Assembly: GCA_035650035.1 (NCBI GenBank)
Contig: DASRIK010000577.1
Location: 1-33,400, forward strand
Length of the DNA: 33,400 nt
Direction: 5' to 3'
Source of the DNA: Burkholderiales bacterium
GTDB taxonomy: Bacteria; Pseudomonadota; Gammaproteobacteria; Burkholderiales; SG8-41
Made by a program: the position numbers and the translations under genes. Below, piece after piece: positions 8,663 through 15,306 of this stretch; position 1 is the stretch's first letter; every line of letters starts with the position of its first letter. Under the pieces are notes generated by a model, which was not told the origin of the DNA, made no database searches, and saw nothing but the letters and a program-made list of their open reading frames with translations.

Positions 8663-8686
8663 CTCCGAAGCGCGACTATAGCGTGT
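8663..8686. repeat. 24-nt direct repeat, copy 2 (CTCCGAAGCGCGACTATAGCGTGT)
   Basis: 23/24 identical to 7397..7420. On the minus strand it reads ACACGCTATAGTCGCGCTTCGGAG, contains a TATAGT -10-like hexamer, and ends 19 nt upstream of ATG 8644. Confidence 0.85.
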
Positions 8687-8727
8687 CGGCGGCAACGTTA
8701 GACACATGCCGCCTGGTTTCCTCTAAG

Positions 8728-9213
8728 ATGCGCGAGATGCAACGCGCGACAAGGCTTCTCACTCTATGCGCCGTGGCAACATGCACGTTCGGACCGGGCA
8801 TGGTCCCGGCGGAGTCGGGCTCTCTGGCTATATCGCAAAGCCGTGGGGCCCTTCTTCGCGTCGGGCACGAGGGATTGGACGTTGACCGCGCGCTCAAGCG
8901 CTATTCCGGGATGATCACTGCGCTGGGTGAACCCGACGAGCAGGGACGTGTCTACTCGTTCCAGGTGAAGCCGCTGCCGGCGGGTTCGGGGTACGTGCCA
9001 AACGAGCTGCGCGGCTGGCGCCTCACGCTACTCGCAGGCCAGCGGTTCGCGAGCGTGTTCGAAGTGCAGAGCAATACCGAAGCCGAGATCACCGTCACGC
9101 CGCGTGATGGGCCATTGAACGGCATAGCGGTGCGCGATCTCTTTGTCGTCGAGCAGATCGCCGTCGAGCGTCGGCAGCCTGCTGACACAGCGGACTCGAA
9201 ATCGCAGTTGTGA
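8728..9213 (+). CDS. hypothetical secreted protein
   Basis: From ATG 8728 (or 8737) the product begins MREMQRATRLLTLCAVATCTFGPGMVPAES, a signal-peptide-like N-terminus. The remaining ~130 aa have no recognisable motif. No clear SD. The stop overlaps the next ORF's GTG (GTGA at 9210-9213). Confidence 0.5.
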   Translation: MREMQRATRLLTLCAVATCTFGPGMVPAESGSLAISQSRGALLRVGHEGLDVDRALKRYSGMITALGEPDEQGRVYSFQVKPLPAGSGYVPNELRGWRLTLLAGQRFASVFEVQSNTEAEITVTPRDGPLNGIAVRDLFVVEQIAVERRQPADTADSKSQL

Positions 9214-9218
9214 CGCGG

Positions 9219-9704
9219 ATGAAGCTCGTTGCAGCGCTTGCATTGTCGGTTGCATTGGTCGACATATCGAGCGCAGCCGCGCAAGGCAGCCGCATTCCCG
9301 CCGATGTGGTCGACGCATTTCATGCGGCCCTCCGCGCCAGGAACACCGCCGCCGCCTTATCACTGCTCGACCGCGGTCTCGTAGTGTTCGAGTTCGGCAC
9401 TGTCGACCCGACTGTCGAGGCTTACGCGTTCCAGCATCTGCCGTTCGACATGGACGTCGCCGCAGCGACTCAGTGGAAGCTCGAAACGCGGCGGGTGGGC
9501 GGTGAAGGCAGCGAGCGGTGGGTGCTGAGCACATACCGTGTTACGGGCAAGCACCGCGACGGCAGCCCCATCGATCTCACCACCCTGGAAACAGTGATCC
9601 TGCGCCGGAGCAGCGATCTCTTCCGCATCGTCCACTTCCACTGGTCCACGAACGATCCTGCTTTCCAGGCGCGCGCGCAGCAACAGCGTTCTCAGGGCAA
9701 GTAG
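9219..9704 (+). CDS. NTF2-like (SnoaL/DUF4440-type) protein with signal peptide
   Basis: MKLVAALALSVALVDISSAAAQ is a signal peptide. 'VVDAFHAALRARNTAAALSLLDRGLVVFE...' and the C-terminal 'FRIVHFHWS' fit the DUF4440/SnoaL-like pattern. The alternative GTG 9210 is coupled to the upstream stop. Confidence 0.6.
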   Translation: MKLVAALALSVALVDISSAAAQGSRIPADVVDAFHAALRARNTAAALSLLDRGLVVFEFGTVDPTVEAYAFQHLPFDMDVAAATQWKLETRRVGGEGSERWVLSTYRVTGKHRDGSPIDLTTLETVILRRSSDLFRIVHFHWSTNDPAFQARAQQQRSQGK

Positions 9705-9710
9705 ACGCAT

Positions 9711-11165
9711 TCACCCCACGATCGGCTGAGCGAGTATCCACAGACTCAACGTCGTGTAAGCCACCATCAGCACGACCATCGGAATCTGGCTTACGACCGC
9801 GGCGTAGCGGCTGCCGAATACGCGTAAGCCTTCGGTGTGTGCAAGCACAACCGCGATAACGTGGCCGATCACGATGATCGTGACAGCGCTATACCAGAAA
9901 ACGTATGGACTCAGGATGCCCAGATCCACTTTATATTGGGCGGTGCCGAAGAGGTCCCACCCCCAACCGAAGGGATCGGAGACGAGCGGAATGATGAACT
10001 GGCCCGCGGTCACCAACAGAGAGAAATAGTGCGACAAGTGGTATGCGACAGCGATCGGAACGAGCGTCAGCACGAAGGAACAGGCGGCTTTGCTCGCGCT
10101 CACATCGCGCCGTGCGAGTCGCACCATCACCCAGCTCGTGAGCCAGAAAACCGCCACAAACGCCAGCGCGAAGCCGACGAGTGCAGTCGTCTCGATCACT
10201 TGTGTCTCATCGAATCCCCACTCCGAAAGTTCGAACAGCGCTGTCGATGCCATGCGCGACTGATGCACCACCGTTATCATGCGCTGGTTCAGTGCTGTTT
10301 CGAGAAAACCGTCGAACGTGACGGACGCGAGCATCAGCAGCACGAACGCGAGGAAGGACATGCTGACCGGTTGCCGCGTGATCAGGCCGGCGCCGGGGAA
10401 CCGCACGTTGAGCTCGCGTGGCGTAGCGGCGAGTGGCGCAAAGCGCGCGAGTATGCCGAACACAATCGAGAACGCCTCGCCTTTGGCAAGCCATACCTGT
10501 CGACCAAAGAGCAGCATGCCGGTCCAGGTGACGCCCGCATACGCGAGCATCGCGCACGCAAGATAGCGCGGCACATCGTTCCGCTGCCATATCAGCTCCG
10601 CCCAGGCAAAACATAGAAAGAGCGCCACGCCCGGCCACACATCCAGCCACGGCGGATAAGGCAGTCGCGGCGCACGCTGTCTACCGCTGTTGAGGCGCGC
10701 GAAGCCGCGCTCGCCCCACTCGAAGATCGTGCGCAGGGGGTTCACGAGCGCCCACAGGTCGCCGCCCAACGCGCAGATGAATGCGAGGCCAACCCACCAC
10801 ACCACCCAGATCATCGTTGGAGCGAGATTGACGTATGGATCCTGCGCGCCGAGCAAGCCTGCAAACGCCGTCAGAACGAACACTACGACAGCCAGAATAC
10901 GTACAGCGCCGACCGTCACCGGATGCGCGATCCAGCGCACCGCCGCGAATCGCAGCAGATCGAACTGCGGCCATCCCGCGGCGATGCTTCGCTCGCGCAC
11001 GAACAGTGCGATCACCACGAACGTGAGCACGATTGTTGCGCCAGCTCCCGTGAGCCAGAGCCATAGTGGCAGTGGCAGATCGAACCGCTGACCGAAGCCA
11101 TGCGCTGCCGCGGGGAGGGACCACGATGTCAGCGCAATCGCCGCGACGAGCCGCGCCACACTCAC
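9711..11165 (-). CDS. polytopic inner-membrane protein (about 12 hydrophobic segments), unknown function
   Basis: The proposed GTG 11165 overlaps the stop of the upstream cupredoxin-like gene (GTGA). The product begins VSVARLVAAIALTSWSLPAAAHG. It contains many TM-length hydrophobic stretches. The track ORF extension to 11891 was rejected. Confidence 0.7.
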   Translation of the reverse strand: MSVARLVAAIALTSWSLPAAAHGFGQRFDLPLPLWLWLTGAGATIVLTFVVIALFVRERSIAAGWPQFDLLRFAAVRWIAHPVTVGAVRILAVVVFVLTAFAGLLGAQDPYVNLAPTMIWVVWWVGLAFICALGGDLWALVNPLRTIFEWGERGFARLNSGRQRAPRLPYPPWLDVWPGVALFLCFAWAELIWQRNDVPRYLACAMLAYAGVTWTGMLLFGRQVWLAKGEAFSIVFGILARFAPLAATPRELNVRFPGAGLITRQPVSMSFLAFVLLMLASVTFDGFLETALNQRMITVVHQSRMASTALFELSEWGFDETQVIETTALVGFALAFVAVFWLTSWVMVRLARRDVSASKAACSFVLTLVPIAVAYHLSHYFSLLVTAGQFIIPLVSDPFGWGWDLFGTAQYKVDLGILSPYVFWYSAVTIIVIGHVIAVVLAHTEGLRVFGSRYAAVVSQIPMVVLMVAYTTLSLWILAQPIVG

Positions 11166-11554
11166 GGATGCACTTCGACATAGAGGACCGCTTTGCCGTG
11201 CCGGTAGCCCTTGACGTGCTCCGACACCGAAAAGCGACCGGCGAGATGCGCTTTGAACGACATGACCGCCGGTGACTGCGGCGTGACCCGGTGCTCTACG
11301 TCGTAGCCGTGTAAATGGAGCGACATCGCTCTGTCGCTCGACCAGCGCAGCTCCACGTGATCGCCTTTTTTGACCCGGATCGTGTTGTTGGCCGTAACCA
11401 CTCGTCCATTGGCGATTGCGAGCTCGAATATCTTCGACGGGGGCTGCGGTACCTCCGTGGCTTCGGCTGCCCACAGAAGCCGTGTCGGCGCGATGCAAAG
11501 AGCGATGCCGAGGATCGTTGCGTGGGCTGCATGAAGGTAGAAGCGCTGATGCAT
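11162..11554 (-). CDS. periplasmic cupredoxin-fold-like protein (no Cys ligand)
   Basis: 130 aa with signal peptide MHQRFYLHAAHATILGIALCIAPTRLLWA. 'IRVKKGDHVELRWSSDRAMSLHLHGYDVEHRV...AGRFSVSEHVKGYRHGKAVLYVEV' resembles a cupredoxin beta-sandwich with His residues, but the mature part has no Cys. Confidence 0.6.
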   Translation of the reverse strand: MHQRFYLHAAHATILGIALCIAPTRLLWAAEATEVPQPPSKIFELAIANGRVVTANNTIRVKKGDHVELRWSSDRAMSLHLHGYDVEHRVTPQSPAVMSFKAHLAGRFSVSEHVKGYRHGKAVLYVEVHP

Positions 11555-11566
11555 GCCGTGAGGAAC

Positions 11567-11605
11567 AGTAAAACGCGAGAGGCCGGGCAGCGCCCGGCCT
11601 CTCGC
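11567..11605 (-). terminator. rho-independent terminator downstream of the beta-propeller gene
   Basis: A perfect 13-bp stem pairs 11575-11587 with 11593-11605 (GCGAGAGGCCGGG / CCCGGCCTCTCGC), with the 5-nt loop CAGCG. On the minus strand it is followed by GTTTTACTGTT. It starts 30 nt after stop 11635. Confidence 0.7.
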
Positions 11606-11634
11606 ATGCGCGTGCGGCCGATCTACGTGGCTGC

Positions 11635-13617
11635 TCAGTCGTTCTTACGCCGTTCCGAGTTTGGCTGATGCACCTCGATGCGGCCATGGTTGAAGGCACC
11701 GCCGGCGCTGTATGTGCAACCGGCGGTGCAGACGACGTGAAATACGTCAGGTGCGGCTTGTTTGCCTTTGCCGTTGTCTTGCACGCAAGCGCGGAATGTA
11801 GCGGCAGCCCCGTTGAAAGTGCCTTTTCCTTCCACTTGCACCGAATTCGCCGTGGGCAGGACGGAGCCGCACTCGTCGCGGACGCTGCCAAGGAAGGTCA
11901 GATCGTCCACTCGAATACGCACGCCGGCCGCATGGTCCTTGAGTTGCAGCTTTCCTTCGATGCCGTCGCGCTTCCGTTGGGCGTGGAACTCGAGCTGGAT
12001 TTTATTGTTGCCGCGACCGCTGCCCGTCTCGAGGAATCCATCAGCCTTCGCTACGCGACGCATGCACGGGTTGTACTCAGGATTCGTCAGCTCGAGGATT
12101 CTTAACCCACCCTGATTCCAGCCGGTGTACAGGAGACAGTTCGCCGCGTCGTACCTCGGATCGGGCCGCGTGAAATCGTTCTCGCCGGCACGCGTGGTCG
12201 CGACGTTGGGTGCTTTGTAATACGCGATCTCCCTGGGATGCGTCGGGTCGCGATAATCGACCACTCGAATACCTTGATTCGCGCCCGCGTAAAACACGAG
12301 GCGCATGTTCAGACGATCGTCGAAGCCGATGTAATGAATCATGCCGCCGTTGATCTGCTCGCTCAGCACCCTGACGGCGTTATCGGGATCGTTCACATCG
12401 GGCTTGAACGTGCTCACGACACGAGGACGCAGCTCGTCGCTGATGTCGATGAGCCGGCCGAAGGTGCGCTGTCTCAGGTGTACGTTCCATTCGCCGTCGA
12501 GACCCGCTCCGGATTCGTCGGTGGTGATGATGTACTCCTTGCCATTCTCATGGATGACGTATTCGGTCGCGTGCGAGGCCGCTGTCGAGCCGTCGTCGAA
12601 GTCCGGATCGAAAAAATGATACGCGGGATCGTTCTTCGGATCGCACCAGGAGAGAAAGCTGATATAGCGGAGCTGAGGATTCGGGCGTCGGAAGGCGACG
12701 TCTGAGGAGTCGAGAATCAGAAGGCCGTTCGCGCACCGTCCCGAGCCGTCCGCAGGAAAACCGCCGAGAGCGTTGTTGCCGCCATAGAGCGCGAGGTAAA
12801 GTCGCGTGCCCGCCTGATTTGTGCTGACGTCGTGGAAATTGCGTGTAGGAACCAGGCGATCCCGGATCTCCGGCGGGAGTTGATTGCGGTTCCAGTTCAT
12901 CAATTGCTTGGGATTTTGCTTGTCCGTGAGGTCCATCACGTGCAGATCGATGCGATTCGGATTCTGCTGAATCGTCTGACCGCCAAACGGAACGCCGTAA
13001 TACGTGTTGGTGTCGGGCGTCAGCCATCCATCGTGATTACCGGATGCCGTATTGGTCGTCGCGAGGAGCCGAGGCTGCAGGCAATCGCCCGAGATATCGT
13101 AGATATCGAACGGATTCGTGCCGTTCGGACCGAAATCCTTGAAGGCACCGACGAGGATGTTCTGCTGGATTTCGAGCGCCGAATACGCGCGCACCATCGC
13201 CGGCGTTCTCAGCGTTTGCACCCACACAGGCTTTGAAGGCACCCGCATATCGATGACGGACGTGCCCGTGGTAGGAAGGGACAGGTTCGATGGGTCGCGC
13301 ATGCTGGCGTATGCGCACAAACCGATCAGCTGAACGTCGCCGAAGCTCCCGCGTAAGCCAAGCGGCTCGTGGCCGACCTGTCGCAAGCCACATGATTGCC
13401 CTTGAAAGCCGCCGGGGACATCCCGCTCGGCGACAGTGAGCCCACCCTGAAGACTGGTCTCGGGCCGATCGCCAGGCTCGGGCACGCAGAAGCTCTCGGC
13501 CCGCGCTGTATGTGCAACAAACGAAGACAGTAAAACGGTTGCGAATGCCAACGACAACAGCTTGGTGCGACGACAAAACGTGCTCCTGGATCGAATCATG
13601 GTGGAATCCCTGATCAT
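11635..13617 (-). CDS. secreted LVIVD-repeat-like beta-propeller protein with C-terminal beta-rich domain
   Basis: 660 aa. The alternative ATG 13599 has a better SD and gives MIRSRSTFCRRTKLLSLAFATVLLSSFVAHTARA. There are seven recurring 'hhDhSdPxxP'-type blade motifs (VIDMRVPSKP, IYDISGDCLQP, VMDLTDKQNP, LILDSSDVAFRRPNP, LIDISDELRP, VVDYRDPTHP, ILELTNPEYNP). The C-terminal ~140 aa contain 'FRACVQDNGKGKQAAPDVFHVV...GRIEVHQ'. Confidence 0.7.
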   Translation of the reverse strand: MIRDSTMIRSRSTFCRRTKLLSLAFATVLLSSFVAHTARAESFCVPEPGDRPETSLQGGLTVAERDVPGGFQGQSCGLRQVGHEPLGLRGSFGDVQLIGLCAYASMRDPSNLSLPTTGTSVIDMRVPSKPVWVQTLRTPAMVRAYSALEIQQNILVGAFKDFGPNGTNPFDIYDISGDCLQPRLLATTNTASGNHDGWLTPDTNTYYGVPFGGQTIQQNPNRIDLHVMDLTDKQNPKQLMNWNRNQLPPEIRDRLVPTRNFHDVSTNQAGTRLYLALYGGNNALGGFPADGSGRCANGLLILDSSDVAFRRPNPQLRYISFLSWCDPKNDPAYHFFDPDFDDGSTAASHATEYVIHENGKEYIITTDESGAGLDGEWNVHLRQRTFGRLIDISDELRPRVVSTFKPDVNDPDNAVRVLSEQINGGMIHYIGFDDRLNMRLVFYAGANQGIRVVDYRDPTHPREIAYYKAPNVATTRAGENDFTRPDPRYDAANCLLYTGWNQGGLRILELTNPEYNPCMRRVAKADGFLETGSGRGNNKIQLEFHAQRKRDGIEGKLQLKDHAAGVRIRVDDLTFLGSVRDECGSVLPTANSVQVEGKGTFNGAAATFRACVQDNGKGKQAAPDVFHVVCTAGCTYSAGGAFNHGRIEVHQPNSERRKND

Positions 13618-13791
13618 TGGGTTTGTCTGGGGTGTGTCTTATCTGTCATGACTCACGAAAGTGAGACCAGCGTGTTGTTGATAACGCGCACTGCGCCGCC
13701 CCCATGCGGCCTGAATACTATATAGGCGTTCGTTATCGGCCACAATGAGGCCCGAGAGAATCGCGGAGATGGACCGTATTAGAATCAACGC

Positions 13792-15306
13792 GTGAAGCGC
13801 GTCGAGAAAACAGTCTTCATCAGCTACCGGCACACGAACGAGCCGTGGGCGCTCGCGATCTATCAGAATCTGACGAGCCATGGTTACGATGTGTTCATGG
13901 ACTTCATGCGGCTTGCCAGTGGCGACTTCGAGGCGGTGATCCTGGGTAACCTCCGCGCGCGCGCGCATTTCGTCGTGCTGCTTACGCCTTCGGCGCTGGA
14001 GCGCTGTGACAACCCGGGCGATTTCCTGCGACTGGAGATCGAAACCGCGCTGGACTCGCGGCGCAACATCGTGCCGCTCATGCTCGAGGGCTTCAACTTC
14101 GGAACCCCGAGCATCGCGAGCAAGCTCACGGGAAAGCTGGCCGTACTCAAGCAATACAACGGCCTCGATGTTCCGGTGGGATATTTCCCGGAAGCGATGT
14201 CGCGCCTGCGCGATCGATACCTGAACGTCGCACTGGAGGCTGTGCTGCATCCGCCGTCCGTCGTCGCCGAGCAGGCAGCCAGGCAGGATCAGCGCGCTGC
14301 GAGCAACGCCCCTCCTGTATCGGAGCAAGAGCTTGCCGCGCAGCAGTGGTTCGAGCGCGGATTCGACGCGGTCGATACCGGCGAGCAGTTGCGCTGCTAT
14401 ACCGAGGCAATCCGTCTGAAGCCGGATTTCGCGGACGCGTACAACAATCGCGGCGTAACGCGTAAAGCTCTGGGCGATATGGCAGGCGCGATTCAGGACT
14501 ACATGGAAGCCCTTCGTCTCGCCCCGCAAATGGACGAGGCGTACAACAACCGCGCCACTGCGCGCTCGCTGACTGGTGATCTCGACGGCGCGTTGCAGGA
14601 CTACACCGAAGCCATTCGTCTGAATCCGCAGAACGCGCTCGCTTACTACAATCGCGGCAACGCTTACCTGGCGAGAGGCGAGCTGCCTGCCGCAATAGGA
14701 GACTTTACTGAAGGGATCCGCCTGAAGCCGGACGATTCGGACAGCTATCACAACCGCGCCATCGCGCGGAGTACCGGCGGAGATCTCGAGGGAGCGCTGG
14801 CGGATTATTCTGAAGCGATCCGTTTGAAGCCGGGCAGCGCCGAGACTTACTACGGTCGGGGCAAAGTGCGCAAAGCCGCAGGTGACGTAGACGGGGCGAT
14901 AAACGATTACGGAGAAGCTATCGGCCTGAAGCCGGATTATCCGAACGCCTACATCAGCAGAGGCATCGCACGGCGAACGGCAGGGGACATCGACGGAGCG
15001 CTCGAGGACTATACGGAAGCCATTCGCCTCCAGCCTGACGACAGCGCAGCGTACTACACGCGAGGCATCGCACGCATGATCAAAGGCGACATCGACGGCG
15101 CGTTACAGGACTGCACACAGTCCATATGTCTGCAGCCGGACGATCCTGATGCTTTCTATCTGCGCGCGTTGTTGTGGGAGACGGCAGAAAATCCCGGCGC
15201 GGCGATTGCGGACCTCGAAGCTTATCTGAAGATGGCGAATGGGGCGCCTGCGACACAGCAAGCAGAGGTGAAGTCGAAAATCCGTACGCTGAGAAAAAAG
15301 ATCTGA
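13792..15306 (+). CDS. TIR domain - tetratricopeptide repeat fusion protein
   Basis: 504 aa with a GTG start. TIR-like N-terminal motifs are 'KTVFISYRHTNEPWALAIYQNLTSHGYDVFMD', 'HFVVLLTPSALERC' and 'DFLRLEIETAL'. aa 183-488 hold nine 34-aa TPRs with consensus 'AYYNRGxAxxxxGDxDGALxDYxEAIRLxPDxxx'. There is no P-loop. Confidence 0.85.
   Translation: MKRVEKTVFISYRHTNEPWALAIYQNLTSHGYDVFMDFMRLASGDFEAVILGNLRARAHFVVLLTPSALERCDNPGDFLRLEIETALDSRRNIVPLMLEGFNFGTPSIASKLTGKLAVLKQYNGLDVPVGYFPEAMSRLRDRYLNVALEAVLHPPSVVAEQAARQDQRAASNAPPVSEQELAAQQWFERGFDAVDTGEQLRCYTEAIRLKPDFADAYNNRGVTRKALGDMAGAIQDYMEALRLAPQMDEAYNNRATARSLTGDLDGALQDYTEAIRLNPQNALAYYNRGNAYLARGELPAAIGDFTEGIRLKPDDSDSYHNRAIARSTGGDLEGALADYSEAIRLKPGSAETYYGRGKVRKAAGDVDGAINDYGEAIGLKPDYPNAYISRGIARRTAGDIDGALEDYTEAIRLQPDDSAAYYTRGIARMIKGDIDGALQDCTQSICLQPDDPDAFYLRALLWETAENPGAAIADLEAYLKMANGAPATQQAEVKSKIRTLRKKI
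14338..15255 (+). repeat. coding tandem repeat, 9 x 102 bp (TPR units)
   Basis: The exact 34-codon period is anchored at Y217, Y251, Y285, Y319, Y353, Y387, Y421 and F455. A recurring DNA string GAAGC(N)ATTCGTCTGAA(G/T)CCG encodes 'EAIRLKP'. Confidence 0.85.

Noticed and set aside
11166-11891. N-terminal 242-codon extension of the membrane-protein ORF (track 9711..11891)
   Set aside because: The extension would read through the cupredoxin-like gene in another frame and across a strong terminator hairpin, and its translation is Ser/Arg/Ala-rich. GTG 11165, coupled to the upstream stop, gives a sensible signal-like N-terminus.
13639-14751. 370-aa minus-strand ORF antisense to the TIR-TPR gene
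   Set aside because: Its internal periodicity is just the mirror of the TPR coding repeats. It has no start context or motif. The plus-strand reading has TIR and TPR signatures.
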